A stretch of DNA of 64,000 bases from Candidatus Latescibacterota bacterium (GCA_965204375.1 OZ241986.1:5312001-5376000), one strand, 5' to 3'. Counted from the stretch's first letter, positions 19,749-29,576 are shown. Notes: a model not told the origin generated them from the sequence alone. Program-made: numbers and translations.

Positions 19749-20639
19749 TCACACTGCATTTAAGAGCCACTGGTGTGCCAGATGCCAGTCTTCGATGTGG
19801 TTGAGCACGACGGCTGAGGATATGTCGCCACATCCCACGGTTGCGCGGATTTCTGCGCGTTTGGCGTCGTTGTGGATGCGATTGCACAGGTAGTCATTCC
19901 ATTCGTCAACGGCTTGCGCAGGGATTTGACCGTCGCACTGTTCGAGCACCCAGCCTTCAAATTCGAGGTAGGATGGCAGGTTTGTGCGGATGTGGTTTAA
20001 TGTGGCGTCGATGTCCAGATTTAATGCGCGCAGTACGCGGGGATCCAGGCCATTATCCGTCATGTCGGGATAGTCGGGGTGGAGCAGGCCTTTTGCGCGG
20101 AGGAGGATTTTGTACCAGGTGCGGGGCAACTGGCGCACGCCGAGGGGACCAAAATCAATTGTGGCGACGAGTGGAATAATGTTTCCGCTGAGTTTGGACA
20201 GGTCGCGCTTGTAAAATAATTGCAAATCCTGAAGGCAGTTGAGTACGGTTGCAGAATTAATGCCCGCATCTCGCGGTAGGCCCGTGTCTGTGTACGTTTC
20301 TTCGATTTTATCCCCGCGGTGTCGCCGTGCGCGGATAAATGCATTCCATCGGACGATGGCGTCTTGCTGTTCAAAGCTCCAGAAGGCGTCGCCTCTCTGT
20401 TCGAGTATCCACGCTTCAAATTCGAGGTACGAGGGCATGTTTTCGCGCAGGTAAGCCAATGTGGTTTCGATATCCAGATTCAATGCGCGCAGTACGCGGG
20501 GGTCGAGGCCATTATCCGTCATGTCGGGATATTCGTCGTCTAAGATACCGGCGTTGCGCGTGAGTACTTTCCACCATGTGCGGGGCAATTGACACGCGCC
20601 GAGCGGGCCATAGACGAGGCTGCTGATGAGGGGGACCAT
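19749..20639 (-). CDS. Tandem-domain hypothetical protein (DUF5069-like)
   Basis: Two copies of VPLI...GPLG..QLPRTW.K...YPD...LD...YLEFE.W. Confidence 0.7.
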   Translation of the reverse strand: MVPLISSLVYGPLGACQLPRTWWKVLTRNAGILDDEYPDMTDNGLDPRVLRALNLDIETTLAYLRENMPSYLEFEAWILEQRGDAFWSFEQQDAIVRWNAFIRARRHRGDKIEETYTDTGLPRDAGINSATVLNCLQDLQLFYKRDLSKLSGNIIPLVATIDFGPLGVRQLPRTWYKILLRAKGLLHPDYPDMTDNGLDPRVLRALNLDIDATLNHIRTNLPSYLEFEGWVLEQCDGQIPAQAVDEWNDYLCNRIHNDAKRAEIRATVGCGDISSAVVLNHIEDWHLAHQWLLNAV

Positions 20640-20663
20640 AGTGTGCTCCTTGGTTATTGGTTA

Positions 20664-20987
20664 TTATCCGCAGATGGACGCAGATGGACGCAGATGAAAA
20701 ATGGACAAAAGCAGTTTACTGGCGGTGGTGTGGCGGGGCATCCTGTTCATCCTTTAATCCTGAAAATCCTGTTATTGATTATTTATCCGCAGATGGATGC
20801 AGATGAAAATGGACAAAAGCAGTTTATTGGCGGTGGTGGTGTGGGGCATCCTGTTCATCCTTTAATCCTGAAAATCCTGTTATTGATTATTTATCCGCAG
20901 ATGGATGCAGATGAAAATGGACAAAAGCAGTTTATTGGCGGTGGTGGTGTGGGGCATCCTGTTCATCCTTTAATCCTGAAAATCCTG
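20664..20987. repeat. Three tandem copies of a 108-bp unit
   Basis: Units start at 20664, 20783 and 20891 (the first is 119 bp); each contains CCGCAGATGGAYGCAGAT and ATCCTGTTCATCCTTTAATCCTGAAAATCCTG. Confidence 0.9.
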
Positions 20988-22008
20988 ATCCGGTTTGGCG
21001 GCATAATTCCATGACGCGCATGAGTTCGCGCGATTCTTCTATGCGAATATAGGGGGTGGCGTTGTTGACGATTACGTCATGGATGTTGGCGTAGAAGTCG
21101 CGCTGTTTGTCCCGGGTGATGGGGATATCCTCTTCCCGCCAGGGCAATCGATCCCGGTTGTCGTAGCTGCGTTCGGGTGCTGCGCCTTCGACGACGTCTA
21201 ATGGAGACGCTTCTGCGGGGTCGTAATATCGTACTTTGAATACGTTGTCCTCGCGAATGGCTGTGCCGTATTTTCCACAGATATGCCAGAGGGGCATGAT
21301 GTGAGCAGTGGCTTGATTGATATGTACGTCTAAGAGTTGTCCAGATTCTTTTTTCACCCAGGCTTTGACCACGTCGTCGGCATCCCCCCGGGTGGCTATT
21401 GCCCAGCGTTTGCAATCGACTTCTGTGATTGCCGAGTCGTCCGAGAGATAGATGAGTTGGTCGAGGTAATGCGCGCCGTAGTTGTTGAGCATGCCGCCGC
21501 CGTTTTTCCGCAAGCTCTGCCAGTCGTTTCGGCGCACATAGCGATATACGCCCCGGTGTATGGCGTAGATAGGTCCCAGCATGCCGCTTTGAATAATTTC
21601 TCGCGCGGTTTGCGTTTCGGGTGTGAGACGGTGGGGTTGATAGAGAAAGATGCGGCGGTTATTTTTTTTGGCCTGGGCGATCATGCGATCTGCCGAGGCG
21701 AGAGAGGTGGTCATGGGTTTTTCGAGGATGACGTGACAACCTTCGTTGAGGGCGCGAATGGTCATGTCTTCGTGCAATGTGGTCGGCGTGGCAATGGCGA
21801 CCACGTCGGGCGATGGGCCGGACCAGAGTGATTCAAAATCGGTGTGGGTTTCACAACCCGCTGCTGCGCGCGCTTCGGATAAGCGTTCGGGCAGGGGATC
21901 GACAACAGCGGTGAGTTCAAATTGGTCGGATGAGAGGGCTTGCTGAAAGTGAAATCGCCAGCCGATGCGTCCCAGTCCGACGATGGCGATTTTTGTGGTT
22001 TGGTTCAT
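20932..22008 (-). CDS. Gfo/Idh/MocA family oxidoreductase
   Basis: IAIVGLGRIG, EKPM, GGGML.NYGAHYLDQ. Confidence 0.9.
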   Translation of the reverse strand: MNQTTKIAIVGLGRIGWRFHFQQALSSDQFELTAVVDPLPERLSEARAAAGCETHTDFESLWSGPSPDVVAIATPTTLHEDMTIRALNEGCHVILEKPMTTSLASADRMIAQAKKNNRRIFLYQPHRLTPETQTAREIIQSGMLGPIYAIHRGVYRYVRRNDWQSLRKNGGGMLNNYGAHYLDQLIYLSDDSAITEVDCKRWAIATRGDADDVVKAWVKKESGQLLDVHINQATAHIMPLWHICGKYGTAIREDNVFKVRYYDPAEASPLDVVEGAAPERSYDNRDRLPWREEDIPITRDKQRDFYANIHDVIVNNATPYIRIEESRELMRVMELCRQTGSGFSGLKDEQDAPHHHRQ

Positions 22009-22118
22009 TGACTTAGCTCCATTCTGTATCTATATTGTCCAAAATTTGACGCAGGCGATTGAAGTTAAAATAACCATGTAGATTGCCAAATGTCCACTAC
22101 ATTTCCCGGTGGTTTTGA

Positions 22119-23828
22119 ATGGATAATAAAGATATTGCCTCGGCATTGGAAGAGATGACCACGCTGATGGAACTGAATGGCGAGAATGCGTTTCGCATTC
22201 GGTCTTATGTCAATGCAGCGCGGCAGATTGAGTTGTTGCAGGAGCCCGCTTCGGATTTGAGCGCGCGCGGTGAATTGGAATCTGTGCGCGGTATTGGTGC
22301 GAAGATGGCGGCAAATATTGCAATACTTATTGATACGGGGCAGTTGCCGGGGATGGGCGATTTGCGTTCCGCGCTGCCCGAAGGGTTATTGGAGATGATT
22401 GAGGTGCCCGGTTTGGGCGCGAAACGGGTGCGGTCTATTTACGAGCAATTGGGTATTGCCGATGTGGATGCGCTGGCAAAAGCCTGCGAGGCGGGTGAGG
22501 TCGAAAAATTGCGCGGGTTCGGGAAGAAGACCGCTGAGAGTATTTTGCGCGGGGTGTCTTATTTGCAGCAACACCGCGGGCGTTTTTTGAGCCGCACGGC
22601 GCAGGATGAAGCAGAGGCTTTGCGGGCTTATCTGTCGGATCAACCGGGGGTGATGCGTCTGGCGGTGGCGGGCAGTGTGCGGCGATGTATGGAGACGAGC
22701 AAGGATGTGGATATTGTTGCGAGCGCGAAAGACGGGAGCGCGCTTGCCGGGGTTTTTGTCGCGTATCCCGGTGTGGCAGAGGTTACGGGGCGCGGTGAGA
22801 CAAAGGTGAGTGTTGTGCTGGATTCGGATATGCGCGCGGATTTGAGGATTGTGCCGGATGCGGCGTATCCCTATGCATTGCACCATTTTACGGGGAGCAA
22901 AGAACACAATACTGCGATGCGGCAGCGGGCAAAAGACCGGGGTATGAAGCTCAATGAATACGGTTTGTTCAAGGGAGATGAAAACGCGGTTTGCGCCGAT
23001 GAGCGCGCGTTATTTGATGCGTTGGGTTTGCACTATATTCCGCCTGAGTTGCGCGAGGGACAGGGTGAGATCGAACGCGCAGAACAAGCGCCGTTGCCGG
23101 AGTTGGTCACGCAATCCGATCTGCAGGGTACGCTTCATGTACATACGACGTATAGCGATGGAAGGCATAGCGTGGAGGATATGGCACGGGCGGCAAAGGC
23201 GTTGGGTTATACGTATATCGGTATTTGCGATCACAGCAAGGCCGCGGCTTATGCCAATGGGCTGAATGAAGATCGCGTGCGGTTGCAGTGGGACGAGATT
23301 GATCGGGTTAACGATTCGGTGGAAGATATCCGGGTGTTGAAGGGTATTGAGGTGGATATTTTGAGCGATGGGGGGTTGGATTTTGACGATGATTTTTTAT
23401 CCGAGTTTGATCTGGTGGTTGCGTCTGTGCATTCGAAGTTTGCAATGACTGAAAAAGAGGCTACTGATCGGTTGATTCGCGCGGTTCAGAATCCCCATGT
23501 CGATATTTTGGGGCATCCGTCAGGCCGTTTGTTATTGTCTCGTGAGGGCTATCCGCTCAATATGAGGGCTGTGATTGACGCTGCGGCCGAGGCGCGTACG
23601 GCGATTGAGATCAATGCCAATCCCGCACGTTTGGAGTTGGATTGGCGATTTTTGTCTTATGCGCGGGAGAAGGGTGTGCAAATTCCGATTAATACAGATG
23701 CCCACAGTGTGGAAGGGCTGAAAGATATGTGCTTTGGGTTGGGGATTGCCAGAAAGGGTGGATTGACGGCTGATGGTGTGCTCAACGCACTTTCTGTAGA
23801 GGATTTTTTGGCTGCGCTTGGGGGATAG
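22119..23828 (+). CDS. polX: DNA polymerase X with PHP 3'-5' exonuclease domain
   Basis: HhH motifs, GSVRR..KDVD, FTGSKEHN, HVHT.YSDG, NTDAH. Confidence 0.92.
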   Translation: MDNKDIASALEEMTTLMELNGENAFRIRSYVNAARQIELLQEPASDLSARGELESVRGIGAKMAANIAILIDTGQLPGMGDLRSALPEGLLEMIEVPGLGAKRVRSIYEQLGIADVDALAKACEAGEVEKLRGFGKKTAESILRGVSYLQQHRGRFLSRTAQDEAEALRAYLSDQPGVMRLAVAGSVRRCMETSKDVDIVASAKDGSALAGVFVAYPGVAEVTGRGETKVSVVLDSDMRADLRIVPDAAYPYALHHFTGSKEHNTAMRQRAKDRGMKLNEYGLFKGDENAVCADERALFDALGLHYIPPELREGQGEIERAEQAPLPELVTQSDLQGTLHVHTTYSDGRHSVEDMARAAKALGYTYIGICDHSKAAAYANGLNEDRVRLQWDEIDRVNDSVEDIRVLKGIEVDILSDGGLDFDDDFLSEFDLVVASVHSKFAMTEKEATDRLIRAVQNPHVDILGHPSGRLLLSREGYPLNMRAVIDAAAEARTAIEINANPARLELDWRFLSYAREKGVQIPINTDAHSVEGLKDMCFGLGIARKGGLTADGVLNALSVEDFLAALGG

Positions 23829-23855
23829 AACGTCTTATTTTTTGTGTTGTAAGAC

Positions 23856-23884
23856 TTGACATTATTTTGACGCTGACATATAAT
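23856..23884 (+). promoter_or_regulatory. Consensus sigma70 promoter of the dksA-like gene
   Basis: TTGACA-17 bp-TATAAT. Confidence 0.8.
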
Positions 23885-23961
23885 TGCGGACAAATTTTCA
23901 CAGGGGATAGAAGCACCACCCCTGCGTATTGGCAAGTACAAGAAAAGAGGACCAATAGGCA

Positions 23962-24402
23962 ATGGCAACGCATGAACCTTTGAGTGACGAACAGTTCGCG
24001 TTTTATAAAAAAATTTTAACTGAGCGCAAGCGCGAGTTGCTCAAACAAGTGCTCAGTCAAGATGAAGATCTCGATGAAATTAGAGGCGATGTCGCAGCCG
24101 ATCCTCTCGATGCAGCGGGCAATGCATCGTCGCTGGAGTTGATGACGACGCTGGGCAATCACGAGCGGCTCGAATTGGCGGAGATTGACAATGCCTTGCA
24201 AAAAATTGAAAATGGTTCTTATGGATTCTGCGAAGAGTCCGGCGAACCCATTCATCCCATGCGGCTCGAGGCAATGCCCACGGCGCGTTATACGGTGCAG
24301 GTTCAAGAACGGCTCGAGCGCACACCCCAACAGCGTAGTCGGCCCCGTCGCCGCGTTTTGAAGCGCGAGGATTTGCCCATTTCTACAGATGACGATGAAT
24401 AG
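23962..24402 (+). CDS. dksA: DksA/TraR family regulator with a non-canonical zinc finger
   Basis: Coiled-coil tip DPLDAA; YGFCEESGEPI..RLEA.PTARYT. Confidence 0.75.
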   Translation: MATHEPLSDEQFAFYKKILTERKRELLKQVLSQDEDLDEIRGDVAADPLDAAGNASSLELMTTLGNHERLELAEIDNALQKIENGSYGFCEESGEPIHPMRLEAMPTARYTVQVQERLERTPQQRSRPRRRVLKREDLPISTDDDE

Positions 24403-24433
24403 AATTTATTAATGATTACAACAAAACCCCATG

Positions 24434-24463
24434 GCCGTCAGGATATATCCCTGACGGCTTTAT
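24434..24463 (+). terminator. Hairpin terminator after dksA
   Basis: GCCGTCAGG-7 nt-CCTGACGGC followed by TTTAT. Confidence 0.6.
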
Positions 24464-24482
24464 ATTTGAGGAGGTTGTTCAC

Positions 24483-25781
24483 ATGTCCCAATCATTGTTC
24501 AGCGATGCCAGCCAACGGCTCGATGAAGCCCTGGCGTATGCTTCTATTTCTGAGGAGGCCATTGAGCGGCTCAAATTGCCCAGGTCGAGTTTGAAAGTTT
24601 CTATCCCGGTGCGGATGGATAATGGCGAGTTGCGTATTTTTCCGGGGTACCGGGTGCGCTACGACGATACGCGAGGTCCCACCAAGGGAGGCATACGCTT
24701 TCATCCAGATGTGTCTATTGACGAGGTGCAGTCTCTGGCTTTTTGGATGACTTTCAAATGCGCGGTGGCCAATTTGCCTTTCGGAGGAGGGAAAGGTGGG
24801 ATAACGGTGGATCCCAAGTCGCTGTCTCCTTTTGAACTGGAACGGCTCAGTAGGGGTTATATCGACGCGGTGGCCGATTTCATCGGTCCGGATGTCGATA
24901 TTCCGGCGCCGGATGTTTATACCAATGAGATGATTATGGGCTGGATGGTGGATGAGTATAGCATTATTAAGCGGGAGATTTCGCCTGCGGTGATTACTGG
25001 TAAGCCTTTGACTATGGGGGGGAGTCTGGGGAGGGACAAGGCGACTGCTATGGGTGCCTTTTTCACTATGGAGGCGACTTTGCCCAGGCTCGGGTTGAGT
25101 GGCTCGCCCGCTACGACGACCGTGGCTGTGCAAGGCTTTGGCAATGCCGGGGCCATTATTGCAGAGTTGCTTTTTAATGCCGGTTACAAGGTTGTGGCGG
25201 TGAGCGATTCTAAGGGCGGGATATATCGGCGAGAGGGTCTCGATATTCCCAGTGTGCGTCAGTTCAAGGATTCGACCCGCGCGCTTAAAGCCGTTTACTG
25301 CGAGGGCAGCGTGTGCAATGTGGTCGATCACGAGACGATTACCAACGAGGAATTGCTCGCGCTCGATGTCGATATTCTGGCGCCAGCGGCGTTGGAGAAT
25401 CAGATTACGGCGTCGAATGCCCGCGATATTAAGGCGAGGGCGGTGTACGAACTGGCAAATGGTCCGACGACTCCAGAGGCGGACGAGATTTTGCGCGGGC
25501 GAGATGTGGTGGTGTTTCCCGATATTCTGGTCAATGCCGGCGGTGTGACGGTGAGTTATTTTGAGTGGGTGCAGAATCGCCAGGGTCTGTACTGGACGCT
25601 GGATGAGGTCAATCAGCGGCTCAAAGAGATGATGGTCGAGGAGACAGAGCGCGTTTGGGATATTGCCCAGACAAAGGGTATTTCCCAGCGCACCGCGGCT
25701 TATGTCCACGCGTTGAACCGGATCGGCGATGCGGTGCAAGCTAAGGGGACTAAGAGCTATTTCACGGGTGGGAGTGATTGA
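24483..25781 (+). CDS. gdhA: Glu/Leu/Phe/Val dehydrogenase (glutamate dehydrogenase)
   Basis: KGGIRFHP, GGGKGG, QGFGNAG, NAGGVTVSYFEW. Confidence 0.9.
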   Translation: MSQSLFSDASQRLDEALAYASISEEAIERLKLPRSSLKVSIPVRMDNGELRIFPGYRVRYDDTRGPTKGGIRFHPDVSIDEVQSLAFWMTFKCAVANLPFGGGKGGITVDPKSLSPFELERLSRGYIDAVADFIGPDVDIPAPDVYTNEMIMGWMVDEYSIIKREISPAVITGKPLTMGGSLGRDKATAMGAFFTMEATLPRLGLSGSPATTTVAVQGFGNAGAIIAELLFNAGYKVVAVSDSKGGIYRREGLDIPSVRQFKDSTRALKAVYCEGSVCNVVDHETITNEELLALDVDILAPAALENQITASNARDIKARAVYELANGPTTPEADEILRGRDVVVFPDILVNAGGVTVSYFEWVQNRQGLYWTLDEVNQRLKEMMVEETERVWDIAQTKGISQRTAAYVHALNRIGDAVQAKGTKSYFTGGSD

Positions 25782-25782
25782 T

Positions 25783-26340
25783 GTGAATGAAAATCATTCT
25801 ATGAATATTGGACGCGTGTTACAGGGCGGACTGTTCACGAGCGATTTTCTCATAGATGCTGTCCAGGAGATGGACGAATGGCAGAGGTGGGATGATGGGA
25901 CGGTATTTGAGACCGAACTTCAAAATATCTTCAATGCCTTCCCAATTGATCAGAACCCCAATGAAAGCCAGACCGAAGATGATTTGATCTGGCCCATCCT
26001 CAACTGTCTCGGATGGACAGATTACCTGACGCAACAAAACCTGACGCCCCAGGGTCGCGATGACGTTCCTGATGGCCTTTTGTTTGAGGACGATGCATAC
26101 AAGGCGCGTGCCAATGGTTTGGCCGAGGAGTGGAGACGCTACGAGTGGGGTCTGGCAATTGTGGAATCCAAACGGTGGGATCTGCCACTCGACCGCCGGT
26201 CTGCTCAGCAGGCAACCGCGCCTTCGACGCAGATGCTTCGCTATTTGCGCCGGGTGGATGATTTGACCGAGGGGAAGTTGCGCTGGAGCATACTTACAAA
26301 TGGCGCAAAGATTGGTCTGGCTGGGTCAAGTGTATTGTAG
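25783..26340 (+). pseudogene. N-terminal fragment of a type IIG (Eco57I-like) restriction-modification enzyme
   Basis: PD...ESK nuclease motif, Q..RYL, W.ILTNG, then an abrupt end with no methyltransferase domains. Confidence 0.75.
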
Positions 26341-27719
26341 TTATCTGGGTTCTATTGCCATTTCCTAATATGTACGAGGTCCTAAAAACTTGGCTGCCTT
26401 GGATTCATTCTTTCTTAGACGCAATTGGGACCCTTTTCTCCGCATCGTCTGAACCCGCATCGTCTGAACCCGCATCGTCTGAACCCGCATCGTCTCAAGA
26501 GGGTCAAAATCAGAGTTTATTCGACTAGGTGCGGGCAAGCATGTTGGTCATCGCAGCTTGGTATGGCGTACCTTTTCTGATTTGGCGCATGTTACTCGCG
26601 GACCGGCAGACCCAAGCCACGGAAATGCAGACCCAGGCCGCAGACAAGCAGACGGAGATCAATCGCGAGAGCCACTACACCGATCTTTTCACCAAGGCAG
26701 TGGAACAACTCGGAGCAACCCATCAGGACGGGGAGCCTGCTATTGAGATGCGGATCGGCGCGATCTTCGCTTTGGAGCGACTTGCGAAGGACAGCGAGCG
26801 CGATTATGGCTCCATTATTGAAACACTTGCTGCCTATATCCGCGAGCATTGCCGCGATCCAAAACCTTTTGATGAAGATGACTTGAGCGGTGATGAGTTA
26901 AAGCAGGCGCAGCAGAGGTGGGAGGAGGTGCTGAGGGCGTTGAAAGAAGAGGATTTTTACGGAATAAAATTTGATCAAGCACGGTATGAGTGGATTAAAC
27001 AACTGCTTATTACTCCACCAGCAGACCGCACTGATGTAGCAGCGGCGTTGACAGTGCTGAGTCGTCGAGAAAAGAACCGTAACTGGACCAGTACGGGCGA
27101 GGACGAGACCCAACCAGACTTCACTGGCGCAAACTTTCAGGGAGCAACGCTCTGGAACAAGAGCGAGGGGCTTGCACGAATAGGTACTAATCTGGAATTG
27201 GCCCATCTTGAGGGTGCAAATCTTAGGGGAGCCAAACTATCGGGCGCGAACCTTATCGCAGCCAAATTTAAGGGCGCGGATCTTTCAGAAGCTAAACTGG
27301 TGGGTGCAAATCTTATTAGCTCCAAAATAGTGAACGTATATCTTATTAGAGCCGATCTTAAAGGTGCAAATCTTACGATGGCAGATATTAAAGAGGATAC
27401 GATACTTAAGGTAGCTAAACTTGAGAGTGCGAAATTTGGGGGAGCCGTTTTCTGCAATGTCAATCTTGAGGGTGCAAACTTCTGGGACGCTAATCTTAGG
27501 GGAACAGTTTTTAACGAAACCAATCTATCGGGTGCTCTTCTTGCTGGAGTCCACCTCCAAGATTCAAACGGTTTAACGACTGAGATGATAAAAGAAGCAT
27601 TTGGAGACAATAATACGTCCCTACCCAGTGGCGTGATTCGGCCCACACACTGGAGTAGCCAAGAGGAGGCTATCAAAAAATGGCAGGCGTTTTGCAGGGA
27701 TGAAGGTTTTACAGTTTAG
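26307..27719 (+). pseudogene. Membrane-anchored pentapeptide-repeat protein, 5'-truncated with an in-frame TAG
   Basis: FTKAVEQLG, RIGAIFALE, A.L.GA repeats; the frame is open upstream of TAG 26526-26528. The 26529-27719 part could still be translated. Confidence 0.7.
26440..26495 (+). repeat. 15-bp tandem repeat, about 3.7 copies (encodes ASSEP)
   Basis: CCGCATCGTCTGAAC repeated. Confidence 0.9.
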
Positions 27720-27913
27720 CTCTAACGGCATCTATTGTATTTGCCACCCTCAAATTAAATAAAAAAGAAGACACTATACGGTGATAGGATTAAGCACGAA
27801 TTTTTCGACGCCGCGATAGACGCGAGACACGCTACGCCAACTATTGTGTTTAATAACGTGTAGTGCCTGCAAAAACGGGTTGACATTGCTGCGTAATGGG
27901 ATAAGTTTTCTAA

Positions 27914-28246
27914 ATGGAATATCGTGTAGAAATTTATCAAACTGAACGAGGACGACGCCCTTTTGTAGATTGGATGAATAAACTTAGAGATTCACGAGGT
28001 AAAAAACTTATTAATCAACGCATTCAACGAATTTCTGACGGAGATATGGGAGATTATCAGCGTATTCAGGGGGGTGGAGGTGTATTGGAATTTCGAATAC
28101 ATAGTGGGCCTGGGTACCGTATCTACTTTGGAAGGATCGGAGAAAGGATCATTCTTTTGTTGTGTGGTGGAATGAAACGTTCACAGCGTAGCGACAGTCA
28201 ACGTGCAAAGCGATATTTGGCTGATTATAAGGAGCGTGTTTTATGA
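27914..28246 (+). CDS. Type II toxin, RelE/ParE family (addiction module killer type)
   Basis: EFRIHSGPGYRIYF, LLLCGG.K..Q..D; TTGACA at 27880 suggests a leaderless transcript. Confidence 0.85.
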   Translation: MEYRVEIYQTERGRRPFVDWMNKLRDSRGKKLINQRIQRISDGDMGDYQRIQGGGGVLEFRIHSGPGYRIYFGRIGERIILLLCGGMKRSQRSDSQRAKRYLADYKERVL

Positions 28247-28587
28247 AAGCCTCTATTCCTTTTGAAGATTATCTGGTGCCAAAACTCAAAGATTCCAAAT
28301 ATGCAGATGAGTATATTGATGTCGCCCTGGAGACTTATGACGAAGACCAGAATCTGGATGCTTTGCTGTTCATTTTACAAAGTGTTGTTCGGGCACAGGA
28401 CGAAGACAAAAAGGTGACACAAAAAATTTATTGGGCATTTAAAAAGAGAGGTATTTTGCCCGTGTTGAAGAAATCGTCACGCTCCCGCTACAAATACGCT
28501 CTGGAGTATCTTGGTCTTTCTACTCAGAGAGTAGCAGCCGATTCGTTGGCATCGAACCAATTTGTCGGAAATGAGGCGTCCGGTTAG
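28243..28587 (+). CDS. Putative antitoxin (addiction module antidote-like)
   Basis: ATGA overlap with the toxin; FEDYL..L.D..YA.EY...ALE N-terminus. Confidence 0.65.
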   Translation: MKASIPFEDYLVPKLKDSKYADEYIDVALETYDEDQNLDALLFILQSVVRAQDEDKKVTQKIYWAFKKRGILPVLKKSSRSRYKYALEYLGLSTQRVAADSLASNQFVGNEASG

Positions 28588-28611
28588 TTGGTATTACGCT
28601 ATTTAGTAAAT

Positions 28612-28644
28612 AAAAAAGGAGATACCGTCTGGTATCTCCTTTTT
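28612..28644. terminator. Bidirectional intrinsic terminator
   Basis: AAAAAAGGAGATACC-GTCT-GGTATCTCCTTTTT between convergent genes. Confidence 0.85.
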
Positions 28645-28664
28645 CTTTTTATCGCGATGATGGA

Positions 28665-29426
28665 TCAGGTGCGGATTTCTCGGAGGATGTGGCGGCAGCC
28701 GTAGAGGTAGATGCCCGTGTCAACGGAGAGCGAGATGTAGCCTACGCCCGCGTCGATCCAGCGGTTGGCGGCTTCGGGGGAGTCGGCAAATGTGCCGACG
28801 GTGAGTCCGGCGTCGTTGATCAGTTTTGCGGCTTCGCGCATTCGGTCAACCACGCGCGGGTCGTTGACCTGGCCGGGTATGCCGAGAGATTGCGAGAGGT
28901 CATAAGGTCCCAGGAAGATGACGTCGAGACCCGGAACTGAGATGATTTCTTCGAGGTTTTCAAGGCCTTCTACGCCTTCGATGTGGATGAGTATCATCGA
29001 TGAGGCATTGAGGCGTTCAAAGATGGCGCCACCATCTGCAAAGTAGCGGGCTGCTCGGGTATAGGGCGAGACGCCCCGCATGCCCAGTGGTGAATATTTG
29101 GCTGCTCGCACAACGGCTTCGGCATCGGCTTTGTTGCAGATTTGCGGTACCTGTACGCCGCCAGCGCCTATGTCGAGGGCGCGCAAGATCTGTGCGGGGT
29201 CATTTTCTCGCACTCTGACAATGGGTGTGATATCGACGCCGTGTGCAACGCGGCAGAGGTCTTCGCAGGTGGGTATGTCGAGCGGCCCGTGTTCGGTGTC
29301 GAGGATGACAAAGTCAAATCCGCTGTATGCCGCGATTTCGATGAGCGCGCCAGAACTGAGGTTGACGAAAGGCCCGATGGCAACGTCGCCATTAGAGAGT
29401 TTGTTTTTGAGCAGGTTTTCGGCCAT
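28665..29426 (-). CDS. HpcH/HpaI aldolase family
   Basis: DTEHG, LDIGA.GVQVPQ, FLGPYDLS; start at 29426 after a CAGGAG RBS. Confidence 0.9.
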   Translation of the reverse strand: MAENLLKNKLSNGDVAIGPFVNLSSGALIEIAAYSGFDFVILDTEHGPLDIPTCEDLCRVAHGVDITPIVRVRENDPAQILRALDIGAGGVQVPQICNKADAEAVVRAAKYSPLGMRGVSPYTRAARYFADGGAIFERLNASSMILIHIEGVEGLENLEEIISVPGLDVIFLGPYDLSQSLGIPGQVNDPRVVDRMREAAKLINDAGLTVGTFADSPEAANRWIDAGVGYISLSVDTGIYLYGCRHILREIRT

Positions 29427-29447
29427 TTTGGAACTCCTGTTGGTAAA

Positions 29448-29522
29448 GAATAGACGAATAGACGAATAGACGAATAGACGAATAGACGAATAGACGAATA
29501 GACGAATAGACGAATAGACGAA
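29448..29522. repeat. 8-bp tandem repeat (GAATAGAC)x9
   Basis: Read directly; three copies of the same unit occur in opposite orientation at 54321-54346. Confidence 0.95.
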
Positions 29523-29576
29523 CCCCACCCAACCGCCCAAAGTAGTTACAAACTCCGCCGTAGATTCGTAGATTCG

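Noticed and set aside
20664-20987. Possible CRISPR array
   Set aside because: Units are near-identical over their whole length with no unique spacers, and no cas genes are present.
20589-21014. 141-aa repetitive ORF
   Set aside because: Translation of the 108-bp repeat; overlaps real genes on the opposite strand.
24492-25739. 415-aa ORF antisense to gdhA
   Set aside because: Shadow ORF expected from codon bias; no recognisable motifs. The same applies to most other antisense ORFs in the track.
26526-26528. Pyrrolysine or amber readthrough
   Set aside because: The gene is already 5'-disrupted and nothing supports recoding; a nonsense mutation is simpler.
27715-27880. Possible integron attC site (CTCTAAC after the stop codon)
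   Set aside because: No complementary GTTRRRY core or long imperfect palindrome found, and no integrase.
29427-29540. N-terminal FVYSSIRL repeats on the aldolase
   Set aside because: Translation of the 8-mer array; the RBS supports the start at 29426. Extensions on hen1, nuoM and the acyltransferase are rejected for the same reason.
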